A stretch of DNA of 40,099 nt, from positions 1 through 40,099 of the forward strand of contig RFFQ01000009.1 of assembly GCA_003697105.1 (NCBI GenBank), in the 5' to 3' direction. Of the stretch, positions 26,053 to 34,547 are shown in pieces. The notes under the pieces were generated by a model. It was not told where the DNA came from. It ran no database searches and worked only from the letters and a program-made list of their open reading frames with translations. Positions within the stretch are counted from its first letter, which is position 1, and each line of letters begins with the position of its first letter. The translations under genes and the position numbers were made by a program. Origin of the DNA: Gemmatimonadota bacterium (GTDB taxonomy: Bacteria; 4572-55; J002).

Positions 26053-26445
26053 ATGAGAGTCACCGCGTCGGATCGCCGTAATTACGTCCGTTTTGAAGCC
26101 CATTTTCCTATTCGTCTGGGGGACCCGGAAGTCGATTCCCCTTCAACCCATACGATCAACGTTAGTGCCGGAGGAGCCTATTGCAGAATCCCCCAGTACA
26201 TCTCGCCGTTGACAAAATTGATGGTGACGATGCTGGTACCCCTTCCACAGGAAACCGGGACGGTTCAACAAGAAGTTATCCAATGCGAGGCCATTGCGGT
26301 TTGGGTGGACCCGGAAGTCGAAACGGATGACACCGAGGAATACAACCTCGGACTCTGGTTTTCGTCGATCTCGGCAACAGACCGCCGTAAAATCGCACGG
26401 TATATCGAACACCACTTACCATCGCACCTCGGAAAAATCGCTTGA
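26053..26445 (+). CDS. Stand-alone PilZ-domain c-di-GMP receptor
   Basis: RxxxR (DRRNYVR) and (D/N)xSxxG (NVSAGG) motifs, plus a GLWF strand. Confidence 0.88.
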   Translation: MRVTASDRRNYVRFEAHFPIRLGDPEVDSPSTHTINVSAGGAYCRIPQYISPLTKLMVTMLVPLPQETGTVQQEVIQCEAIAVWVDPEVETDDTEEYNLGLWFSSISATDRRKIARYIEHHLPSHLGKIA

Positions 26446-26563
26446 AAATATATCATATCTGGAATGTAATTGCAAGAAGTTATTTGGGCTGCACTTCTGC
26501 CGGCAAACATTGCCTTGTTGGAATTCAGGAGGAGCCTATCCCCCGTTTGAAAAAGGAAAGGTT

Positions 26564-27211
26564 ATGTCCGAACCACACCAAACAAAATCGTTTTTCGGCT
26601 TAGGCTGTTGGGGCTGTGCCGGAGTCATCATGGTGTCCGTAGTCGTTGCATTTCTGGTTGTCATTGGCGGGTTATATTGGTTTGTAAACTATCGCCTATT
26701 GCAACCCCAGCCTTACGCCAGTAACCACCCTCCCGAATTGCAAATCGAGGCAATCCAGCATTTGCAAGAAAAGATAAACACCCTTGCAGACCCCTCCCCA
26801 GTTGATACGCTAATTGTGCTTCATGAAGATGAACTAAACTACCTATTACACCAAGCCTTAGAACAAGCCGATTTTCAAGACCCGAAAGCACGGGAGAGTA
26901 TCAAAGTGTTTGAAGTTGATCTGGAAGGAGAATCCGTTGAAGGGCGCATCTCGATTCAAGCACGCGACCGCTTTTTGAACGTGCGGGTGAAAGGTAAAAT
27001 TGAGATTGATGGGCAAGATTTGCGCATTGCGGATTTAGAAGTTGATACCGGTGCGTTGGGTTTGGATGCTTACAACGAGGTCGTCCGTGGACGGATTCAG
27101 GAAGAATACAACCGGATGCGAAGTGATGACCAGATGAAGACGATTCTGGATAACATCGAATCCATCACGGTGGAAGAGGGTCACGCCGTGATCCGGATTC
27201 AGCACAAATGA
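26564..27211 (+). CDS. Hypothetical membrane-anchored protein
   Basis: ATG 26564 behind AAGGA; GLGCWGCAG precedes one TM helix, then an acidic soluble domain. Confidence 0.7.
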   Translation: MSEPHQTKSFFGLGCWGCAGVIMVSVVVAFLVVIGGLYWFVNYRLLQPQPYASNHPPELQIEAIQHLQEKINTLADPSPVDTLIVLHEDELNYLLHQALEQADFQDPKARESIKVFEVDLEGESVEGRISIQARDRFLNVRVKGKIEIDGQDLRIADLEVDTGALGLDAYNEVVRGRIQEEYNRMRSDDQMKTILDNIESITVEEGHAVIRIQHK

Positions 27212-28221
27212 CCTTGCTCGCAGGAAAAACCGTCGCGATCACCGGCGCAACCGGCTTCATTGGGGGGCATTTGGTCAAAGCATGTCTTCAAGCGGGAGCA
27301 ACGGTACGCGTACTTATCCGAAACCACCATTCCGCATTACCACCGTGGGGCACATCGGTACAGCGTGTTTCCGGCAATCTGGCGGATACGGGCGCCCTTG
27401 CCACCCTGATTCAAGACGCCGATGTGGTGTTTCATTGTGCCGCTACCCTTCAATTTTGGGGCGATTTCGAGAAATCATACCAAACCAATGTGACCGGCAC
27501 AAAAAATGTGGTTGAGGCGTGCTTACAATATCAGGCAAAACGACTCGTCCATGTGAGTACGGTTGGGGTACATGGTCCGGAAAAAGCACACTACCAGTCC
27601 GATGAAACCGCACCGTTTACCACCTATTTCAACACATATTTAACGAGCAAAATTCAGGCAGAAGAGCGGGTATGGGAAGCCATAAAGCAAAATCAGTTAC
27701 CGGCAACAATCATCCGCCCGGGACATGTTTATGGACCCAAAGACCATTCCTTCATTATCCAGACGATTTTGAACGGCTTGAAATATCGCTATTTGGTCTT
27801 CATCGGGGATGGGCGGGTGAATATCACCTTGACCTATATTGATAATCTGATCCACGCTCTCTTGTTGGCGGCAACCCGCCCCGAAGCATTAGGCGAGGCA
27901 TTCATCATTACGGATGGCAGTGACGTAACATTTTACGATTTTGTGGCGAGTATTGCCCAACACAGTGCTTTGCCGGTGCCCAGATGGCAACTACCAGTGC
28001 CCATTGCCCGGGCAGTCGTAATGCGGGTTCAACCTGTGCTGAACGTACTTTATGGTAAACAGCAAGCGCCTCCATTGGATTTGCTGGTCAACATTTTTGC
28101 ATCCCCACTCAATTTCGATATTTCCAAAGCCAAAAAACAGTTAGGATACCAGCCCCAAATCGATTTTGATGAAGGCATGCGCCGGACCATGGCGTATATT
28201 CTAAAAAATTCAGCGGGATAA
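27208..28221 (+). CDS. NAD-dependent epimerase/dehydratase (extended SDR, 3-beta-HSD-like)
   Basis: TGATGFIG, VFHCAA, NVTGT, YLTSK (YxxxK) and IRPGHVYGP. Confidence 0.9.
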   Translation: MTLLAGKTVAITGATGFIGGHLVKACLQAGATVRVLIRNHHSALPPWGTSVQRVSGNLADTGALATLIQDADVVFHCAATLQFWGDFEKSYQTNVTGTKNVVEACLQYQAKRLVHVSTVGVHGPEKAHYQSDETAPFTTYFNTYLTSKIQAEERVWEAIKQNQLPATIIRPGHVYGPKDHSFIIQTILNGLKYRYLVFIGDGRVNITLTYIDNLIHALLLAATRPEALGEAFIITDGSDVTFYDFVASIAQHSALPVPRWQLPVPIARAVVMRVQPVLNVLYGKQQAPPLDLLVNIFASPLNFDISKAKKQLGYQPQIDFDEGMRRTMAYILKNSAG

Positions 28222-28226
28222 AATCC

Positions 28227-28255
28227 TTGCAAAACGAGTTTAAGTTATTTATGAT
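28227..28255 (+). promoter_or_regulatory. Sigma70-type promoter
   Basis: TTGCAA (28227-28232), 17 bp spacer, TATGAT (28250-28255). Confidence 0.5.
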
Positions 28256-28304
28256 TAACTGTATGAGAAGACCGTAATCCTTAAAACTGAACCGAGGATG
28301 TCGC

Positions 28305-29921
28305 ATGAGTGAATTTAGCGGTTATCTGAAAGATAAAGCCCTCGCCGAAGTCTTAAAAGACCTGTGGAATGATAAATCAACCGGTTGGTTAAGTGTTGTA
28401 ACCGATAAGCTTGATTTGGGCAATATTTACTTGCGGGATGGAATCATCACCTATGCGAATATTGCCAACCAGCAGGAGCGTACCGGTGATATTTTGGTGC
28501 GGCAAGGATACATCACCGAAGAGCAACTTCAACGTGCGATCCGCACCCAACAGGATAATTCGGATCGATTGTTAGGAAGCATTTTGGTTGACTTAAACTT
28601 TATCTCCAACGAAGACCTGAAAGAGGTATTGAAGGAACAAATTACCGAAACTATTTTTGTACTCCTCAATTGGGATAATGGCTATTACAATTTTGCACCG
28701 GATCGGGCGCCGGATACGACCTACATTCCGGTGGAAATTGATACAAATGATATTATTCGGGAAGGAACCGAACGCAAAGAATTGTGGCGCAAAATCCGCA
28801 GTGTTATCCCGAATAATGAGGTAATTCCACTGCAGAACGACGCCCGTGCCCGTGAATTTGACCTGATGACCCTCTCCCTGATCGAAGAACAGATTTTCTA
28901 CAGTGTTGATGGAACAAAAAGTGTTGCTCAGATCATCAACGAGATGGGGATGAGTGAATTTCAAACCCTTGAAATCCTACTAGGGCTTTACAATTTAGGC
29001 TTAATCCAAATGTACGATGTGGAGGCAGACCGGAAGAAAAAGGCACAGCAAGAAATTACGCGGTTGCTGGAAAACGGCAAAGCTCAGATTGAAGCGGGGT
29101 CTTACAACAGCGCATTTGATCTATTCCGGCGCTGTGTAGAACTGGACCCCGATCATTTGGAATCCCGCTTTTATTATGGCTTATGTGCCTTGATGACCGG
29201 TGAATTTGATGAAGCGGAAACAAGTTTCCGCCAAATACGGGAGGTGTACAACCGAAATTTTGCAGTCACGAACAATTTAGCACTCTGTTTAGAAAAGCTC
29301 GGTAAAGAGCAAGATGAAGTTGTGAAAATGTGGTCACGTTGTATTAAATTGCAACCGGAAAATCCCAAAACAAATATTAATCTGGCACTCTATTTATATC
29401 ATGTAAAAAATTATTTTTTGGCAGCAGACCAATTTCGGATGGCACAAGGGAAAAATGAGAAGGATGCCGCCGTATTATACTATCTGGGAGTGATTGCTTG
29501 CCATGAAAATGACATCAAAAAAGCAATAGAATATTTTGATAAAGCCGTCCGGACGAACCCAAATGCAGGTCAATTTCGCAACAATCTGGGTTGGGCTTTG
29601 ACAAAAGCGGGTAACTTGGAAGAAGCAAAAATCGAACTTCAGTATGCACTGCAAATTGACCCCAATGACTGGCGTGCCTATGTCAATCTGGGTAATGTTT
29701 ATTTGGAACAGCACGCCCTTGAGAAAGCCGAAAAAGCGTATCAAGCGGCTTTAGCCCTTCAACCGAAGTCGGGTTATATTTTGTTCAAGTTAGGCACGGT
29801 CTTTGTGCACAAAAAAGATCGAAACCAAGCCTTAAAATATTGGCAACAAGCCGCCGCGGTTAGCCCCAATAATGAGGCACTACAGGAGGCAATCCAGAAG
29901 CTACAACAAGTACCGGCATAA
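28305..29921 (+). CDS. DUF4388 (PatA_N-like) protein with an MshEN-like insert and C-terminal TPRs
   Basis: FSGYL...LAEVL...STGWL, IYLRDGII and LLNWDNGYYNF; tandem RTGDILVRQGYITEEQLQRAIRTQ / LLGSILVDLNFISNEDLKEVLKEQ; several TPR units. Confidence 0.82.
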   Translation: MSEFSGYLKDKALAEVLKDLWNDKSTGWLSVVTDKLDLGNIYLRDGIITYANIANQQERTGDILVRQGYITEEQLQRAIRTQQDNSDRLLGSILVDLNFISNEDLKEVLKEQITETIFVLLNWDNGYYNFAPDRAPDTTYIPVEIDTNDIIREGTERKELWRKIRSVIPNNEVIPLQNDARAREFDLMTLSLIEEQIFYSVDGTKSVAQIINEMGMSEFQTLEILLGLYNLGLIQMYDVEADRKKKAQQEITRLLENGKAQIEAGSYNSAFDLFRRCVELDPDHLESRFYYGLCALMTGEFDEAETSFRQIREVYNRNFAVTNNLALCLEKLGKEQDEVVKMWSRCIKLQPENPKTNINLALYLYHVKNYFLAADQFRMAQGKNEKDAAVLYYLGVIACHENDIKKAIEYFDKAVRTNPNAGQFRNNLGWALTKAGNLEEAKIELQYALQIDPNDWRAYVNLGNVYLEQHALEKAEKAYQAALALQPKSGYILFKLGTVFVHKKDRNQALKYWQQAAAVSPNNEALQEAIQKLQQVPA

Positions 29922-29924
29922 AAA

Positions 29925-29961
29925 AAGCTGTTTTCAGAACAAGTTGTCCTCAAAACAGCTT
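29925..29961. terminator. Bidirectional terminator hairpin
   Basis: AAGCTGTTTT (29925-29934) / AAAACAGCTT (29952-29961) between convergent genes. Confidence 0.65.
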
Positions 29962-29987
29962 CTGCCTCCGTTCCCCTAAACCGTAAC

Positions 29988-30449
29988 TTAAAAGCCTGCC
30001 ATCGCGGATAATCCCCGATATTTATCGGTGGTCTCCATGACCCGTTCCGAGAGCGTTCGGAAAAACCCCCATAGCAATTTGTACCCGATATTCCGATTCA
30101 AGTACATTAATTTTTTAAAATCGGTACGATTGATGGTCAACAAAGTAGAAGATTCGTGTGCGATAGCGGTAGCGGATCGCGTGGATTGGTCGATCAACGC
30201 CATTTCTCCAAAATATTCACCTTCTCGCACAATTGCCAGTGCTTCCTCGCCTAATTCGCTAATAATTTTACTGATACGTACTGCCCCCGAAACCACAATA
30301 TAAAACTCATTTCCCTGACTATTTTCCTCAAAAATGGTTACCTCGGCGGGGTATGTCATTTTTTTGGTAATGGCGGCAAGCAATACAATTTCATAATCAG
30401 ATAACGTGTTGAATATGTGTATCTTCCGCAGTAATTGTGTTTTTGTCAT
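29988..30449 (-). CDS. Stand-alone cyclic nucleotide-binding protein (canonical phosphate-binding cassette)
   Basis: IFEENSQGNEFYIVVSGAVRI and FGEMALIDQSTRSATA; no Crp HTH. Confidence 0.9.
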   Translation of the reverse strand: MTKTQLLRKIHIFNTLSDYEIVLLAAITKKMTYPAEVTIFEENSQGNEFYIVVSGAVRISKIISELGEEALAIVREGEYFGEMALIDQSTRSATAIAHESSTLLTINRTDFKKLMYLNRNIGYKLLWGFFRTLSERVMETTDKYRGLSAMAGF

Positions 30450-32230
30450 GGCTGGGATGTTCCCTCCAACAGGTGCTGTACAATTTGTTGCTGTGCTAGC
30501 GCATTTTGTTGGTCACCCAATGCACGATAGACTCGTTCCAAAGCGGTATGAACCGTAACATCCTGTGGCGCCAATTGCCGCGCTTGCTGAAAATGATAGA
30601 GTGCATCATTATATTTTTGCTGAGTTTCATACAAACTGCCCAACCGTTTATGCAACTCCGGACTGGTGGGATGCGCCGAAAGGGCTTGCTTATACACGAT
30701 AATTGCCAATGAAGGACAATCGGTGGTGGCATAAATACTTCCTAATTCTAGCAACACATCCAGCCGGTTGGGGGCAAGTTGGTCGGCGATTCTCAAATCT
30801 TCAATTGCTCGTTGTTTATGCCCGCATTTTACCCGGCAGAGGGCACGTTGGTAATAAATATCGGCATCGGTGGGGGAAAATTTGAGCGCAGCTAAAAAAT
30901 GCTCTTCTGCTTTTTCGGGCTGAGCCAGAGCACACAGGGCAATTGCCAATTCTTTATGGGCAGCCACATCTGTTGGATGGCGCAACAAAATGGCTTCATA
31001 CGCTGCCACCCGCTGTTTATACCATATCGTCCGCGGGTCGTCCGGTTCGTACACTCGGGATTGATATTTTCGGGGCATCCGGGGAGGGATGGATTTATCC
31101 ACTTCATCGGGTATTATTATCTGTTCTTCTGTGGTAACCCGTTTGGCAGATGCGAGGAATTCTCTCTCAGGTGCTTTTGATGCCGTTGTGATGTCACTAT
31201 CTACCGTTTGATTCGTCTGAGGTTGCGTTCTCTTTATTGGAGGGGATACCGGTGATGGGGCATCGTGCTTAGAGACGTTCGTGTCCGTGATAAGTGGTGC
31301 CGGAGGCATTACCTCTGCCTCCGGGGCGTTTGCCGCGGTATCCTCTATTTCTGCAGAGGTTTCAAAATAATGGAACCAGTTGATCGTCAACGGTAACATA
31401 AAAAAGAGGAGTACAATAACCGCGGAGGCAGTAATCGGGTAAATATGTTCTTGCATGTACCGCCATAATGCGGGGAAACCGTACCCGGACGGCGCTTTTG
31501 ATGGCGGATAATACGTTTGAGTAGTTTCAATAGTTTTGGGTGACGATATAGGAGGCGCCGGTTTCGTTTCTGGAGGTTTCACTGGCGAGATGGTGCGATA
31601 AGACATCTTCGCGGCAAGCCCGTAAAGTTTGCTGGCTTTGTGGTGGTAATGGTCTCGTTCATATTGTTCTGCGGCCGACTTGAATGCCTGTTCTGCCGCT
31701 TTCCACTGTTCTAACTTTTCGTATAATCGACCGGCTTTCAGATATTCATCTGCGGCTTGCGTGTAGCGTTCCAACAGTTGCAAAATTTTACTTGCCGCCA
31801 AATGTGCTTTAGCCGCATCCTCGAAGCGTTCACAATCTGTTAGAATCAGTGCCGCCGTGATTCGCGCATCGGCAGCGTTGGGCAGAAGGTGTGCCTTTTC
31901 AAACTGGTTAGCGGACATGAGCCACATCGTTGCCGAGTTATCCCATTCCTCTGCCAAAGCATACATCAATCCAGCAATAGAATAGCGTTCTGCTCCTTGC
32001 TCCACGTTACCGGCATAAAGTGCCATTTTCGCACTATGCGAGAACGCATATCCGGCTTTACTACGCTGCAGATGTTCGGCATAACTTTCGCCGGCAATTT
32101 GCCAAGATTCTCCGGCATTCTGGTAGGCTTCCGGAGAATTTTCACGGTAAGCCGATTTTTCCTGTACCCGAGCTTGACGCTCTAACTCCAGTAATTCCGC
32201 AAGCATGGAAATGCTTCGGGATTCCCTCAT
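30446..32230 (-). CDS. Bitopic membrane protein: N-terminal SNAP-like helical repeats, Pro-rich linker, TM, C-terminal TPRs
   Basis: About 20-aa A..Y..A...Y repeats in the first ~210 aa; TM ITASAVIVLLFFMLPLTI; C-terminal TPRs. Start moved to ATG 32230 behind GAGGT; stop overlaps the next ATG. Confidence 0.75.
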   Translation of the reverse strand: MRESRSISMLAELLELERQARVQEKSAYRENSPEAYQNAGESWQIAGESYAEHLQRSKAGYAFSHSAKMALYAGNVEQGAERYSIAGLMYALAEEWDNSATMWLMSANQFEKAHLLPNAADARITAALILTDCERFEDAAKAHLAASKILQLLERYTQAADEYLKAGRLYEKLEQWKAAEQAFKSAAEQYERDHYHHKASKLYGLAAKMSYRTISPVKPPETKPAPPISSPKTIETTQTYYPPSKAPSGYGFPALWRYMQEHIYPITASAVIVLLFFMLPLTINWFHYFETSAEIEDTAANAPEAEVMPPAPLITDTNVSKHDAPSPVSPPIKRTQPQTNQTVDSDITTASKAPEREFLASAKRVTTEEQIIIPDEVDKSIPPRMPRKYQSRVYEPDDPRTIWYKQRVAAYEAILLRHPTDVAAHKELAIALCALAQPEKAEEHFLAALKFSPTDADIYYQRALCRVKCGHKQRAIEDLRIADQLAPNRLDVLLELGSIYATTDCPSLAIIVYKQALSAHPTSPELHKRLGSLYETQQKYNDALYHFQQARQLAPQDVTVHTALERVYRALGDQQNALAQQQIVQHLLEGTSQP

Positions 32231-32250
32231 CACGACACCTCTGGGGGCGG

Positions 32251-32706
32251 TTAAACCGTGGCAAAAATATGTTTCAGTAAATTGTTGACATCCCTCAACC
32301 GCGTAGATTGTAAATGGCATAGATGGCGCAACATTTTATAAGCAAGATCACGATGTTCATCTAGCATCTGGTTGAACAAATCCCGATGAAATTCCAGTAA
32401 AGTGCAAGACTCCATCGCAGTGGCAGTTAAATATTGGGCATAATTGCTCACCAGCGAAATTTCACCCAGATAGTCACCGGGCTGAAGGATACCCATCTGC
32501 TGTACCCCCATAATGGGAATATCTTTGGATAGGCGAACCTTACCGCTAACCAGAATATAAAAATGGGGGGAGGGTTTATCTTCCTCCACGATACAGGCAC
32601 CAGCAGGGTAAGAGACCTGACGCGCGGTATCGACCACCATTTCGATTTCATCACGTGCCAAATCGCTAAAAATGGGCAAGGCACGTAATCGCTCGAGGTC
32701 TGCCAT
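32251..32706 (-). CDS. Stand-alone cyclic nucleotide-binding protein (degenerate cassette)
   Basis: LPIFSDL, FYILVSGKVRL and LGEISLVSNYAQYLTATA (lacks the conserved Arg). Confidence 0.85.
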   Translation of the reverse strand: MADLERLRALPIFSDLARDEIEMVVDTARQVSYPAGACIVEEDKPSPHFYILVSGKVRLSKDIPIMGVQQMGILQPGDYLGEISLVSNYAQYLTATAMESCTLLEFHRDLFNQMLDEHRDLAYKMLRHLCHLQSTRLRDVNNLLKHIFATV

Positions 32707-32715
32707 TAGACGTAC

Positions 32716-34446
32716 TTACAATCGTTTGATAATGATGAGGGTTATGTCGTCGTATTGGGGTTCTTCGCCGACGTAGTATTGAAGCTCACTGCGGATTTTT
32801 TCAGCTAACTCGCGTGCGGATAAATGCGCAAAACGCCGAATAACATCAATCAAGGCGTCCTCGCCAAATTCTTCGTGATGGCTGTTGATGGCTTCATCCA
32901 CGCCATCTGTAAAAAACACGAGGGTATCCCCGGGTTGAATACCATAGAGATGTTGTGAGTAACTCTGATTGGGAAAAACACCTAAAATGAGTCCACTTTC
33001 ATTTAGCCGTTCGATCTCTCCATCGGCATGATGGATGATCGGAAAGCTGTGCCCGGCATTGCAGTAGGTGAGCGTTTTCTGCGTCTGGTTTAGAACCCCG
33101 TAAAAAAGGGTGATAAACTTTCCGGTTTCGGTGGTACGGCAAATCGCATCATTGACTTTGCTCATAATTTCCGAGATACTAAACCGGTTTTCAACTTGTG
33201 CCCAGAGGGTCGCTTGTAAACTCGCCATCAATAGGGATGCCGGTGTTCCCTTCCCGGACACATCTCCGATAGCAATTCCTAAATCTTGCGGTGTTATCGG
33301 AATAAAGTCAAAATAGTCACCACTCACATGCCGGCTTGGAATATTCATGCCAAAGATGTCAAAACCTTCTAGGGTAGGCGCACTTTTGGGTAATAACCGT
33401 TTCTGGATACTTCGGGCGACGCGTAGCTCTTCCTCCATGCGTTGTTTCTCAAGGGTTTCTTCAAAAAGACGGGCGTTCTCCAGAGCGATCATGGCTTGTG
33501 TTGCCAAAGCAGAAAGGTAATCCCGGTCGTGCTCGGTGAATTGAATATTGAGCCGTTTTTTCCCCAGGCCCATTATCCCATGAACTTCATCTTTAAGACG
33601 CATGGGTACAAGGACTTCTAAGTCCAGTGCGGAACAAAGGTCCCTCAAGGTCGTATCCGAAATTTCATGGCGGAGCATCGCCCGGTGGAAGTCTTGCACG
33701 AGTGCAGAGAAGTTCATTGCCCCCAACACGTGTTGTACCGCCCTCGTGACCCGAAATCCCTTGTACACCTTAATGACCGGTTTACCCGCGTCCTCCAAAA
33801 TAATGGCGCAACGGCTGATCATCAATTGCCCCATTAAACTGAGAATGAGAGTGTTCAAAATTTCGTCAGTGCGCAAGGTAGATGTCAACTCTTTTGTCAC
33901 ATCAAACAACGTTTGCATCTCATGGATTTTCAAATCCAGATGGCGGTTCGTGGTTTTCAACCGGTCATACATCAAACCGTTTGTGATTGAATTGGCGGAG
34001 ATATTTGCCAGAAAATGTAAAAAGATGAGTTCATCCTCGGTAAACCGCTCCCCAGATGCTTTGCCGCCCATGCCCAGCATTCCCCGGTTCACATGACGAG
34101 TACGAATGGGGAAAACCAGTTCGACACCCCACCCACGGAGCTGTTGCACCCACGGGCGGTCATCGTCTGGCGAAAGAAAAAGATAATCCGATTCAATGGG
34201 ATCATCGATAGTAAGCACCTGATCAATTAGCTGTTCCCGCCCTTTGCCACGCGCCAGTTTGATGGTGAAACGGTTCTGATCCTGCCGCAGTAAAATCAAA
34301 CCACGTGTTGTGGGGACCCTTCCAAGAGCGGTAAGCAAGATGTTATCTAGCACCGATTCTAGCGTCAATGCGGACGTCACAACTCGACCCACTTCAAACA
34401 GGGTATCCAGCGTAAAGAGTTTTTGCTCAATGTGTTGTTCAGACAT
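32716..34446 (-). CDS. GAF-GAF-SpoIIE (PP2C/RsbU-type) phosphatase
   Basis: Two GAF-like repeats; ARSIQKRLLP, SGDYFD, IGDVSGKG, NAGH, FTDGV and DDIT. Confidence 0.93.
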   Translation of the reverse strand: MSEQHIEQKLFTLDTLFEVGRVVTSALTLESVLDNILLTALGRVPTTRGLILLRQDQNRFTIKLARGKGREQLIDQVLTIDDPIESDYLFLSPDDDRPWVQQLRGWGVELVFPIRTRHVNRGMLGMGGKASGERFTEDELIFLHFLANISANSITNGLMYDRLKTTNRHLDLKIHEMQTLFDVTKELTSTLRTDEILNTLILSLMGQLMISRCAIILEDAGKPVIKVYKGFRVTRAVQHVLGAMNFSALVQDFHRAMLRHEISDTTLRDLCSALDLEVLVPMRLKDEVHGIMGLGKKRLNIQFTEHDRDYLSALATQAMIALENARLFEETLEKQRMEEELRVARSIQKRLLPKSAPTLEGFDIFGMNIPSRHVSGDYFDFIPITPQDLGIAIGDVSGKGTPASLLMASLQATLWAQVENRFSISEIMSKVNDAICRTTETGKFITLFYGVLNQTQKTLTYCNAGHSFPIIHHADGEIERLNESGLILGVFPNQSYSQHLYGIQPGDTLVFFTDGVDEAINSHHEEFGEDALIDVIRRFAHLSARELAEKIRSELQYYVGEEPQYDDITLIIIKRL

Positions 34447-34547
34447 GTTTCCGTTACATTTTATGATTTTTCAAGCGGTACCGGGTATGGGAGCATCCGG
34501 TGTTTCCCGCAGGTTATAGATATTAATATTCGATGAGTCTTCCGCCA

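Noticed and set aside
26294..26563. N-terminal extension of the 305-aa ORF overlapping PilZ
   Set aside because: A better start with an RBS lies at 26564; the extension overlaps the PilZ gene in another frame.
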